Translations under genes and position numbers: made by a program
In this document: positions 35,425 through 46,810 of the stretch, one piece after another
How the letters are laid out: each line of letters begins with the position of its first letter
Numbering within the stretch: the stretch's first letter is position 1
Notes under the pieces: model-generated
Told to the model about the DNA's origin: nothing
Databases searched by the model: none
What the model saw: the letters and a program-made list of their open reading frames with translations, nothing else
Source of the DNA: Octopus sinensis
Lineage: Eukaryota
Direction of reading: 5' to 3'
NCBI RefSeq assembly: GCF_006345805.1
Contig: NC_043010.1
Coordinates: 9,796,001-9,860,000, forward strand
DNA: 64,000 bases

Positions 35425-35790
35425 GAAGAGAATTAATGCATTTGAGCTTTGGTGTTGGGGAAGACTTTTACGGATTCCATGGACAGCGAGGCTCACCAAT
35501 GGAGAAGTTCAAGCAGATCAGGCCGAAAATGTCACTAGAAGCTAGGATCACCAAGTGTAGATTGGCATATTTTGGTCATATTATGCGGAGAAAATCCCTG
35601 GAGAAGGACATCATGCTCGGAATGGTCAGTGGCAAGAGAGGAAGAGGACGACCAAGAACCCGCTGGCTTGACACCATCAAGAGTGATACCGGAATGGACA
35701 TAGCCAATCTGAAAGAAGCGGCCCAGGATAGGACTGACTGGAGGACACTGATCCATCGAGTAACTGAGAGTCGACTTTGACTGAGCGGAT
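35425..35790 (+). mobile_element. RTE (BovB-like) LINE 3' fragment
   Basis: KRINAFELWCWGRLLRIPWTAR.TN / SLEARITKCRLAYFGHIMRRKSLEKDIMLGMVSGKRGRGRPRTRWLD..K...QDRTDWR, with one frameshift. Confidence 0.9.
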
Positions 35791-36034
35791 ATATAGATAG
35801 ATATATGTGTGTGTATATATGTGTCTGCATGTGCATTTGTGAGAGAAAAGGTACAATATTTGTTGGCTTGATTTTTGCAAAAAAACAATGCTTACCTTAC
35901 ATGTCCACAACTATCCGAGTGAGAAGAATGAAAGCAGGTAAAAAAAAGGAAAAGACAAAAATTAATTAAATTAATAGGCTGTCATATTTGCAGAAATACA
36001 AGTGTTAAAGCATATAAACAAATAATAATAACAC

Positions 36035-36502
36035 ATAACGTGAGTTCATGGCTGTTTCCTGCACCAGCTTCACATATCAGCCCCAGCCCATCCAAAGAAC
36101 CTTGGATTGCAGAACGACCTGCTGTGCTTACCTTGGATCATAGGGCGACCTGCTGTGCTTGAGGAGACCTATTGAGTCAAGTACATCAACATCAAAATAA
36201 AAATCAAATGGAAATTGTAGTTGTGATATCTGTGCCGGTGGCTTCCGTGCTGGTGGCATGTAAAAAGCACCGACCAATCGTGGACATTGCCAGCCTCCCC
36301 TGGCACCTGTGCCAGTGGCATGTAAAAAGCACCCACTACACTCACGGAGTGGTTGGCGTTAGGAAGGGCATCCAGATGTAGAAACACTGCCAGATCAGAC
36401 TGGAGCCTGGTGCAGCCTCCTGGCTTGCCAGATCCCTGGTCGAACCGTCCAACCCATGCTAGCATGGAAAACGGACGTTCAATGATGATGATGATGATGA
36501 TG
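36035..36502 (-). mobile_element. Family F element, longer copy
   Basis: Same (GAT)n terminus and core as the other copies, plus additional distal sequence. Confidence 0.75.
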
Positions 36503-36689
36503 AATAACACATTTCATCAGTGACTATTCTTTTAAACAGAATCAACAGACATGGTAAAGTTTCAAGCTGAAAAAATGAAACAAGCCAAAGTTTACTAATT
36601 CACCATTCAAAAGAGTTACAGCATAAAGGGAGATAACTGAGAAAGACTTCAAAGTTAAAAGATTGTAATACTTCATGTAAAGTAAAGTA

Positions 36690-36866
36690 AATATAACAAA
36701 TAATCCAGAATCCTTGTCTGGTACCAGATCAATCCCAAAACCTAATGAGTTCATGCCTGTCATCAGGCCAAACTTCTCTGAAAGTTTCATATGAATCCAT
36801 CCTGCGGTTCTTGAGATATCAAACACATCTGACAAACGACACCTCCACCTTCACTAAGGCAGAGGT
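36690..36866 (+). mobile_element. Helentron/HINE-like non-autonomous fragment
   Basis: gatcaatcccaaaacctaatgagttc...aaagtttcatatgaatcc...gagatat, ending in hairpin ACCTC...GAGGT before (AAT)n; resembles HINE 3' ends (from memory). Confidence 0.4.
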
Positions 36867-36969
36867 AATAATAATAATAATAATCTATCTAAAGTGAGTG
36901 AAATTTCTGAGATAATGATAGTAATAATCCTTGCTTTTATAGAGACAAGGCCTGTTTGTTATTTCTACC

Positions 36970-37228
36970 TCCTTAAACAACCCTTATTCAGGGACCTTTT
37001 GAGTGGGATGTGTTACTCAACCAGAAGAAAATTCTAACTGGGCCCCACCTGCAAGGTCATGTGCTGTTTATCTTGGTACGAGATCACCATGTCGCACACA
37101 TATGGTTGTGACGTATGTGCCTGGTGTACCCTTATCAGACAGGTAGTCATGATGGGTATACTGGGCTTTGTATATTTTACCCCAGTGTCACTTTGATGGC
37201 ATGCATTGCTCTCTCACTCAATAATAAT
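36970..37228 (+). mobile_element. Unclassified repeat family G, 3' part ending in (AAT)n
   Basis: Homologous to 39345..39550. Confidence 0.75.
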
Positions 37229-37245
37229 AATAATGATAATAATAA

Positions 37246-37540
37246 TCACGGGATCACATGACCGACCAGACCATCAGATGTTGCTACACATCGTTCGCAT
37301 TGTTTTAGCCTTCGAATGATGCCACTCCGCTGGCTAAGTGAGCGGGCCAACAGAAGAAAGAGTGAGAGAAAGAGTGGTGAAAGAGTACAGCAGGGATCGC
37401 CACCACCCCTTGCCGGAACCTCGTGGAGCTTTTAGGTGTTTTCGCTCAATAAACACACACAACGCCCGGTCTGGGAATCGAAACCGCGATCCTACGACTG
37501 CGAGTCCGCTGTCCTAACCACTGGGCCATTGCGCCTCCAC

Positions 37541-37541
<1 letters not shown>
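37246..37541 (-). mobile_element. SINE family C within (AAT)n
   Basis: Full head and tail. Confidence 0.88.
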
Positions 37542-37596
<55 letters not shown>

Positions 37597-37607
37597 TAAT
37601 AATAATA

Positions 37608-37976
37608 GACCTGCTCATTGAAATTGAGAAAATGTGGCATCTCAAGGCGGTAACAATACCAGTGATTGTAGGAGCACTAAGAATGATCAAGAAGGGAACC
37701 GAAAATTATATGAGAATGATCCCTGGCTTACCATCCCTGCAAGAAGTGCAAAAGATTGTCTTAACTGGCACATCACACGTATTGAGAAGAGCATTGTCGA
37801 TGTGAGAACTGTTGCTGCTCATGTATTTTAATTTAACTTTAAAAAAAAATTTTTTTTTAAATGAACGAACTATTGAGTTTAGTTTAATGGCCTACCAATG
37901 TATACTATGAGTTTCTTTGCCCTAGGAGTCGGGAAGACACTCAGCAAGAAATGGAAGCAAATTTGAAAGAAAAAGA
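37608..37976 (+). mobile_element. R4/Dong-clade (RLE) LINE 3' end inserted in (AAT)n
   Basis: 37608..37805 encodes DLLIEIEKMWHLKAVTIPVIVGALRMIKKG...LQEVQKIVLTGTSHVLRRALSM*, matching the RLE C-terminal IPVIVGALG...QK..L.GT..ILR pattern; (AAT)n on both flanks. Confidence 0.8.
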
Positions 37977-37999
37977 TAATAATAATAATAATAATAATA

Positions 38000-38034
<35 letters not shown>

Positions 38035-38997
38035 GTTCCAATTGTATTTTGAAGTGGGGTCCCTTAAACTGTGTTGAAAACAGCAATTATTAAAGCTTTC
38101 ATATCTTTCTTGATGCAGTTCCTATCGAAAATTACAATAAAAACGTCAACTAAGATGGTTGAGAAATATAAATTGCTTTGATGCTCTGTCTGATCTATAT
38201 CAGTGTCTAAGTTTATTTATTATAAACTGTGTACATTACAGTGTGTCCTTATTGTGTGTGTGTGTGTGTGTGCACATGAACATGTGTGTGTTTGAATGTG
38301 TGTGTGTGTGTTTGAATGTGTGTGTGTGTATGTGTGTGTCTGCATGTATGAAGACCCATAGAAGCAGAAATTGCACATGTGTGTATGTGTGTGCATGCAT
38401 TTGTGCTTGTGTGTCTTCATACATGCACGCGCATGTACACACACACACACATATGTATGGACATAAACATAAACACATATACACATAAACACAACTATAT
38501 ATTGTGTGTATGTGTGTGTGTGTGTCTGTGTATGTGTGTGTGTGTGTGCATGTCTGTGTCTGTGTATGTGTGTGTGTGTGTACATGTCTGTGTCTGTGTA
38601 TGTGTGCATGTACTGCACATACATATTCATATTGCTGCACACGTGCACGCCACTCCCATGTGAAGTAATTAAATAGAAAGGGTTATTAGTCGAAGCCTCT
38701 CAGTGTCTGTCATTTACAGATCAGAATTTATGGAGAGTGGCAAATACAAAAACTAATATGATGGATACCGACTGACTGACTCGGTCAACAGATTCCATTC
38801 ACAACAAAAACCCTTGGTTAAACACAGTTGTTATGATTCTGTGATATTACAAATACATTTTAAGAGCATCTTTTCCAATGTGTGGCTTGGATATCAGCCA
38901 CAGCTCTTAGTAGAAGACACTTCATCAGTATATATATATTATATAAGGTATATATATATATATATAGACAGATATATAATCACCGAAAGCCCTAGAA

Positions 38998-39032
<35 letters not shown>

Positions 39033-39039
39033 ATATTAA

Positions 39040-39550
39040 TAGCCCTGATGCAGTACTAGACATTGGCTCTCATGACTTCTGATCTTAACTGAATGGAAGT
39101 GTTATCATGTACATTGTTTTTGTCTTGGTATAAAAGATGAGCTACAGCAAATATTCTGTTTAATACCACAGATTTGCTTCTCAGTTGTTTGATCTTAACC
39201 AGTTGAGCATGTCCCTTTGTGACCGATGATATGTACATATCTGATCATGAGCAGAAGTAGTTGAGGTACATCATAGCCATGTGTTGAGAGGAATTTTGGG
39301 GGGTTTGGATAATTCACCTTTAGAAATATGGGTGGTTTGTTCAACTTCCTTAAACAACCCTTATTCAGGGACCTTTTGAGTGGGATGGGAATCTTGACCT
39401 GAAGAAAATTGTAACTGGGCCCCATCTGCAAAGTCATGCCCTGTTTATTTTGATATGAGATCACCATGTTGTGCACATATGGTTCTGATGCATGTACCCT
39501 TATCAGACGGATAGTCATGATGTGTATATTTTACCCCAGTGCTACTTTGG
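39040..39550 (+). mobile_element. Unclassified repeat family G, longer copy starting after (TAG)n
   Basis: The 3' part is homologous to 36970..37200. Confidence 0.65.
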
Positions 39551-40070
39551 AAAGGGTGAAAAGAAGAATCAACATTTCAGCTCTGTGTGAGTATATGTGT
39601 GTATGTGTGTGCAAGTACAAGGGAAATATATGAATGCTTTGTATGTCTGATTATTATGTACCTTATTTTGTACCTTATTTATATATAAAATACTACAATT
39701 AGCCATCATTTTTGACTGCATGGGGCCATCTAGTGATGATAATAATAATGCCCTCTCTGCCAACACTTCTGACATCATCCCCACTTCTTAGCCACTGTCA
39801 TATCTTGCCGAACAGGTTTATGTCGTTCTTCCAACCTCATTATTTTGTTCTTCCTTATGTTAATCTCCGTGTATCTTCATGGAGTTTTTCTTTGGTTATT
39901 CTTTTCCATTCAAATTTCTGGCTAAAATTGTATTACGTTGGAGAGAAAAGTTTCATATTTGCCCCCTACATGTAATGTAAATGTGTGCACATATAATGAT
40001 ATACAAACATACATGTGTGTGTGTATGTGTGTGTGTGTATGCATGTGTGTGTGTATGTGTGTGTGTGTGT

Positions 40071-40104
<34 letters not shown>

Positions 40105-40242
40105 CTGATAGGCTTCTTCCAGTTTCTGTCTACAAAAATCAACTCTCAAGGCTTTAGTTGGTCCAAGGCTAGTAGAAGACACTTGCTCAATCAAGGTACC
40201 GTGCAGTGGGACTGAACCCGGGACCATGTGGTTGGATATATA

Positions 40243-40506
40243 AACCAAATAAATAAATGTGCCCTTTTAAAGCCTAGCCAGGCTCATGGGCCCAGTTTCC
40301 CGGTTTCAATGGCGTATGTGTTCCCCTTATGGACAGGACACCAGTCCATTGCAGTGTTACTCATTTTTGCCAGCTGAGTGGACTGGAGCAACACGAAATG
40401 AAGTGTTTTGCTCAAGAACACAACGCATCGCCTGATCCAGGAATCGAAACCACAATCTTACGATCATGATGCTGACACCCTAACCACTAAGCCACGTACC
40501 TCCACA
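40243..40506 (-). mobile_element. SINE family D with 12-bp TSD GTTGGATATATA, inserted in a family A head
   Basis: TSD at 40231..40242 and 40507..40518. Confidence 0.9.
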
Positions 40507-40511
40507 GTTGG

Positions 40512-40555
<44 letters not shown>

Positions 40556-40938
40556 ATGCACGTGTTTACATGTAGGCTTAACTAAAGTGTGAGTGTGACA
40601 GTGTGGTAAAATGTTTGCTTCCTCTACCACATCGTTCCAGGTTCAATTTCACTATGTGACACCTTAAACAAGTGTTTTCTAACATAGCTCGAGGCTGACC
40701 AAATCTTTGTGAGTGGATTTTGACGACAGAAATTAAAAGAAGTTGGTTGTGTGGCATGGCTGTGCATGCACAGGTGTGGCTGTCAGGTAAGAAGCTTGCT
40801 TCCTAACACCACATGGTTCCGGGTTCAGTCCCACTGCGTGGCACCTTGGGCAAGTGTCTTCTATTATAGCTTTGGGTTGACCAAAGCCTTCTGGGTGGAT
40901 TTGATAGACAGAAACTGAAAGAAGCCCATCATATATAT

Positions 40939-41130
40939 GTGGATCCGTGGAATAAGCTGCCGGACGAGATAGTGAAGATACCAACGACCACTCGGTTCAA
41001 AGTCTCTCTTAACCAGAAATGGCCTGAACTCTTTGCATGAACACCCTCCCTGTACATAACTCCATGTCCCCCTACATGGCCTTGCTTTTTGCTTTTTAAG
41101 CCTAAAAATTAACTTAACTTAACTAACTTA
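40939..41130 (+). mobile_element. CR1-type LINE 3' tip with (AACTT)n tail
   Basis: VDPWNKLPDEIVKIPTTTRFKVSLNQKWPELFA*, then a short UTR and tandem tail. Confidence 0.75.
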
Positions 41131-41533
41131 TGTGTATGATGTGCACGTGTACGTGTGTGTGTGTGTGTGTGTGTGTGTGGTCATGTGTGTATAAAATCAA
41201 CCATGAATCATAAGTAGTAACCATGGTTGAGGCATTAAAACTTATTTCGACACACATAAATGCACACACGCAATTTCGTGCACGCGCTAACGAGAAACAT
41301 TACTAACTATTGATTCAAGGGAAGTAACTCTCCTTTCAACCACCTGAGATGATGACAAGACTGGTTAGAATACCAAACTTTGTAAGTACAGTAAGTACTG
41401 GTTTTGTTGTTTTACTAAAACTCTTCAGAGCGGTACTACAGTATGAATGTAGTCGAATGACAGAAGTAAGAAACTGATAAAAAATAAGGGATGTCGAGAA
41501 AAGAATCTGTCACAGTAATAATGTATTTGAAAT

Positions 41534-42303
41534 AAGGCGGCGAGCTGGCAGAAACGTTAGCACACCGGGCGAAATGCTTAGCGGTATTTCGTCTGCCGTT
41601 ACGTTGTGAGTTCAAATTCCGCCGAGGTCGACTTTGCCTTTCATCCTTTCGGGGTCGACAAATTAAGTACCAGTTACGCACTGGGGTCAATGTAATCGAC
41701 TTAATACCTATGTCTGTCCTTGTTTGTCCCCTCTGTGTTTAGCCCCTTGTGGGTAATAAAGAAATAGGTATTTCGTCTGGCGCAACGTTTTGAGTTCAAA
41801 TTCCGCCGAGGTCGACTTTGCCTTTCATCCTTTTGGGGTCGATAAATTAAGTACCAGTTACGCCCTGGGGTCAATGTAATCGACTTAATACCTATGACTG
41901 TTCTTGTTTGTCCCCTCTGTGTTTAGCCCCTTGTGGGTAATAAAGAAATAGGTATTTCGTCTGGCGCAACGTTGTGAGTTCAAATTCCGCCGAGGTCGAC
42001 TTTGCCTTTCATCCTTTCGGGGTCGATAAATTAAGTACCAGTCACGCACTGGGGTCGATGTAATCGACTTAATACCTATGTCTGTCCTTGTTTGTCCCCT
42101 CTGTGTTTAGCCCCTTGTGAGTAATAAAGAAATAGGTATTTCGTCTGGCGCAACGTTGTGAGTTCAAATCCCGCCGAGGTCGATCTTGCCTTTTATCCTT
42201 TCGGGGTCAATAAATTAAGTACCAGTACGCACTGGGGTCGATGTAATCGACTTAATACCTATGTCTGTCCTTGTTTGTCCCCCCCCCCTATGTTTAGCTC
42301 CTT
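41534..42303 (+). mobile_element. SINE family B: one head plus four tandem 184-bp bodies
   Basis: GGTATTTCG unit starts at 41583, 41767, 41951 and 42135. Confidence 0.93.
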
Positions 42304-42319
42304 GCTTTACATATATAGA

Positions 42320-42429
42320 TTTGCTACACACTACTTTCCATCCTTAATAATGAAACTTGGTAGATCCAAAAGTTAAACACACAGACAAATACACACACAG
42401 ACATACAAGTTGAGTTTTATATATATAGA
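42320..42429 (-). mobile_element. Helitron-like 5' end fragment
   Basis: Minus strand A|TCTATATATATAAAACTCAACTTGTATGTCTGTG, similar to the 5' ends at 46343, 48526 and 54681. Confidence 0.5.
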
Positions 42430-43181
42430 TTTCTCAACGGGGATTTCAGGGGAGAGTTTCAGGGGGTCGCTGGCGATGTATCGTGATGATCAAAAATCTG
42501 GCCTGCTAAAATAAAGAAATAGGTCTTTCGCCCGGCGTGCTAACGATCCCTTCTGTTTTAATTTAATCTAAATAAGAACTATAGCAGTTATTGATATCAT
42601 AGTTATAGGCACAGACATGGGGATTAAGATGTTCATCTTCGCAAGCTTGGTGTACTTATAGATTTATACAACATCGTTGATTCTTGAGCAAAAATGTTTT
42701 CAAAAGATAAAACTTGTTTCTGGTTGGTCAATATTACTTTGAGAGGTATTTGATCACAAAACGGACAATAAGCCATCATTGCGCGCACTCACACACACAT
42801 ACACGTGTATGTATATACACGTATATGTGTGTGTGTGTATATACATATACACCCACATATGTATATATATATATATATATGTCTATGTATGCATATATGT
42901 ATGTATGTATACACACACAGACATACACGTGTATATATGTACACGTATGTGTGTGTGTGTATGTATATATACATATACACCCACATATGTATATATATAT
43001 ACGTCTGTATGTATGCATATATGTATGTATGTATACACACACACACACGCACGCACACACACGTATATATGTATACATATGTGTGTGTGTGTGTATGTAT
43101 ATATGCATATGCACCCACATGTATATATGCATATGTACATCTGTGTGTATGTATGTATGTATATGTATGTATGTACATACA

Positions 43182-43231
<50 letters not shown>

Positions 43232-43444
43232 CTGTGTGTCTATGATGTATGTGTCTACGTTTGTATATTGATGAGGAATGAACTGAAAGCGATTGTGTCG
43301 ACGTAAATAAATTGTATTTAGAATTAACTGACAGTTATCTCCCTTCACACCAAATTTGCCCAGCCTTTTATCATTTACGTATTATATTAATTTTTGGATT
43401 TGGTTTGCAAGATTCTTTATATGAGTTCGTGTGTTGAAGCATAT

Positions 43445-43627
43445 TCTGTTGTGTCTGGGGAAAGTCATTCTCTTTTAGTGCCTTATTATTTAACACACTA
43501 AAATAAATAAATAAATAAATAAATAAATGAAATAAAAAAGAAAAGAAAAAAGAAGTGGAAATTTTACCGGTGAGTGTGTTAAATAATAAGGCACTAAAAG
43601 AGAATGACTCTCCCCAGACACAACAGA
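43445..43627. repeat. 55-bp inverted repeat (1 mismatch) with 73-bp spacer; Penelope-like end suspected
   Basis: 43445..43499 versus 43573..43627. Confidence 0.85.
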
Positions 43628-44154
43628 GTATTATATTCAGTTATGCCAATTGAAGTCGATATAGTTACGCAGACCTCTTGAAGGCTGTACTCCAGTACAG
43701 CTACAGTCAATTAGTAGATGAAGAATGGAGTAAAAGAAGAGCATATGATATGTGTGTTCTGTAATAGAATAGTAACCCTTTATAAAAGCCAAAATGCAGA
43801 TGGTACTATTATGTACTATAACGTCCAGTTTTTTTGCACTGGGTTCAATACCTGAATGGATCAAATTTTATCTTTCTTTCTCTGAGGGTCGATAAAATAA
43901 AATGCTAGTCAAGTACTAGTGTCAATGTTATCAACTAATCCCTTCCCTTCGAAAAATAATGCCTTTGTGACTAAATCAGAAAAAAATGTCCTATTTCGTA
44001 AATTAGTTGTATATGTGTGTCTGTGTGTCTGTGTTTGTTATCCATCCTTCACCACTTGACAACTAGCATTAAATTGTTAGTGCCACTTCAACTTAGCAGT
44101 TCAGCAAAAGAGACTGACAAAATAAATACCAGTCCTTTAAAAAATGATGTATAA

Positions 44155-44562
44155 GTGGCTGTGTGGTAAGTAGCTTGCTTACCAACCACATGGTTCCGGG
44201 TTCAGTCCCACTGCGTGGCATCTTGGGCAAGTGTCTTCTACTATAGCCTCGGGCCGACCAAAGCCTTGTGAGTGGATTTGGTAGACGGAAACTGAAAGAA
44301 GCCTGTCGTATATATGTGTATATATATATGTGTGTGTATATGTTTGTGTGTCTGTGTTTGTCCCCCCAACATCGCTTGACAACCGATGCTGGTGTGTTTA
44401 CATCCCCATAACTTAGCGGTTCAGCAAAACAGACCGATAGAATAAGTACTAGGCTTACAAAGAATAAGTCCTGGGATCGAATTCCTCGACTAATATCGGT
44501 GCTCCAGCATGGCCACAGTCACATGACTGAAACAAGTAAAAGAGAGTAAAAGAGAGTAAAGA
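44155..44562 (+). mobile_element. SINE family A
   Basis: Near-complete copy. Confidence 0.92.
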
Positions 44563-44784
44563 GTTACAAGGGACAATTTGTTCTTTTAAAACCCTTCAAA
44601 GCAGTGCTCCAGCAAGGCCAAAGTCCTAAAAATAAAACAAGTAAACGACCAGCAATTAAATCATGACTCATTTCTATTCGTATGTAGTTCTTATTATTGA
44701 TGTTTCAAACCCAAAATAAACTTTGATTCAGTAAACTTGTGTTCCAAAGTTTTCTAAACATTTAAAAGAACCATATTTAGTGTG

Positions 44785-45406
44785 GGATCTTTTCCTTTTG
44801 AACGGCACTTTTCAGCACAATTTCTAGTTAACTAAACACTTTTAAACTTCGTTTACTGGTAGAATGTGTCAAAATAAAACATATTTTTCTCTTGGCTTTC
44901 TTGAGAAAATTGTAATTTGTAAGTTTAACGTAGTTTAATTTTTCGAATTTTAACCTATCCTATGCCCTCTATTTAGCTAAAATCATTTGCTGCGTCTAAA
45001 ACTGAGACAACATCCTGTCACTAACCCCAACTCTAACCCTAACCCTAAATTTTAGCCTTTAGTTTTTGTTTTCTTAATTGTTATCCTTGAATTAATTTAA
45101 CAATTAAGAAAAAAAAACCCAAAAAAACCGAAAGGCTAAAATTTAGGGTTAGGGTGAGGATTAGGGTTACTGACAGGATGTTGTCTGTTTTAGATGCAGC
45201 AAATGATTTTAGCTAAATAGAGGGCATAGGAGTGGTTAAAATTCGAAAAATGAAACTACGTTAAACTTTCAAATTACAATTTTCTCAAGAAAGCCAAGAG
45301 AAAAAAAAATGTTTTATTTTGACACATTCTACCAGTATACGAAGCTTTAAAGTGTTTAGTTAACTAGAAATTGTGTTGAAAAGTGCCGTTCAAAAGGAAA
45401 AGATCC
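44785..45406. mobile_element. 622-bp foldback MITE, GGATC termini, 8-bp TSD TTAGTGTG, internal telomere-type repeats
   Basis: The whole element is an imperfect palindrome; TSD at 44777..44784 and 45407..45414; CCCTAA repeats near 45035 and TTAGGG near 45143. Confidence 0.92.
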
Positions 45407-45663
45407 TTAGTGTGTTCTCTTTAGTTTAAGATGGTAGAGCTTTATATAAGGGATGTTTAGTTGCTATTTCTATCAGCCTGAGTAATGAAGTCGAAGCAGT
45501 ATTTGTCAAGTAAATTTGTCTCACCGTTTTTAATTGGTGTATCAATGTCGAGGAAGGTTCTTGCAGAAAAACAGGGATTAATCTCTTACTCTTCTGCATC
45601 TGAAACAGAGTAAAAATAATCAGACTTAATTAATATGTTTTATTTTATTATTTTATATTATTA

Positions 45664-46343
45664 CTAGCAGTATCGCCCGGCGTTGCTCGGGTTTGTAAGG
45701 GAAATAACTATATAAGCATTTTTAGAGAGTTATAGCCAAAAAATAGCAAAAAAAATGCATAAAAAATGGAAAAAAAATGATGGTAAATTTTTTAAAAATC
45801 GTTGACTCATCGTAGACATTTTTAGAGAGTTACTTCCCTTATATAATAGCGAAAAAATGCATTAAAATGGAAAAAAATGATGGTAAATTTTTTTTTAAAT
45901 CGTAGACTCATCGTAAAGGGTAAAGACCCCCTTCGGTCATGAATGACCATGGGATTGCACCTAGAAAGTTACCCTCCTAGACACAAGTCCAGGCAAGGTT
46001 GTTTATGGAAGACCAGCAGTCGCCCATGCATACCAGCCTCCCCTCTCCACGCCACCAGTGTTATCCAAGTGAAAGACAAAGGTCGATACAGCTTGGCACC
46101 AGTGACGTCGCAACTCATTTCTGCAGCTGAGTGAACTGGAGCAACGTGAAATAAAGTGCCTTGCTCGAGAACATAACACGCAGCCCGGTCCATCGTAGAC
46201 GCGCACTAATACCCAGAAGGGCTCGATATGAATCACGACTATAAGATACCCGGTTTTGGTTAAACTGCACCGCAAAATGCGGGAGTAGTTAGGAATCTAA
46301 ATCGTAGGAGACAGACACACAACCTCTCTTTTATATATAAAGA
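45664..46343 (-). mobile_element. Non-autonomous Helitron carrying a SINE insertion
   Basis: Minus strand A|TC...hairpin-CTAG|T; near-identical to 54284..54681 apart from the insert. Confidence 0.9.
45916..46190 (-). mobile_element. 5'-truncated SINE family E with 7-bp TSD CATCGTA
   Basis: TSD at 45909..45915 and 46191..46197; the empty site is seen in the paralogue near 54531. Confidence 0.9.
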
Positions 46344-46810
46344 TGTACTCTCACAAACACACATGCATCAGTATATATATTCATATGTATAATAATAAAG
46401 AGTAAAATTAATTAATCAAGTAATAATTAATAATTTTACCAAGTACTTCGGTATGTCAAACAAACCATTATCAGAAACTTTATACAAGAATTCTATAATT
46501 ATAAGCATAATTATAATTAGGGTTCAACAAAAATTGCTTCACCATATACCGGAATTTCTAAGGTTTTCAACTCATGATTGTAAGGTCATGAGTTCAATTC
46601 CTAGTGAGACAAAACATCTTATGGTAGTGGAATATTATTTAACTGCTATTTCTAAATTTCACGCGTTAGTGTGTCGTTGCGTTTCTTGAAACTTTTGTGT
46701 AATGACAATGTTGCTTCAACAAACCCTTGCACACCCGCACAAAAATTACTACTAAATGTCCTGTCTGACTTGATAGTCTCCCCTTATACATAGCCACTTT
46801 ATGTATACTA

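Noticed and set aside
41534-42303. Repeat array or tRNA gene cluster
   Set aside because: Units are SINE bodies. Heads have only A/B-box-like motifs, and I could not fold a full cloverleaf; the same applies to the other SINE heads.
43265-43310. TTGATGA...GAAAG...GTC hammerhead-like string
   Set aside because: Stems I, II and III do not pair adjacent to the core.
45020-45170. Chromosome-fusion scar (head-to-head telomeric repeats)
   Set aside because: The repeats are short and lie inside a TSD-flanked MITE that has relatives elsewhere in the window.
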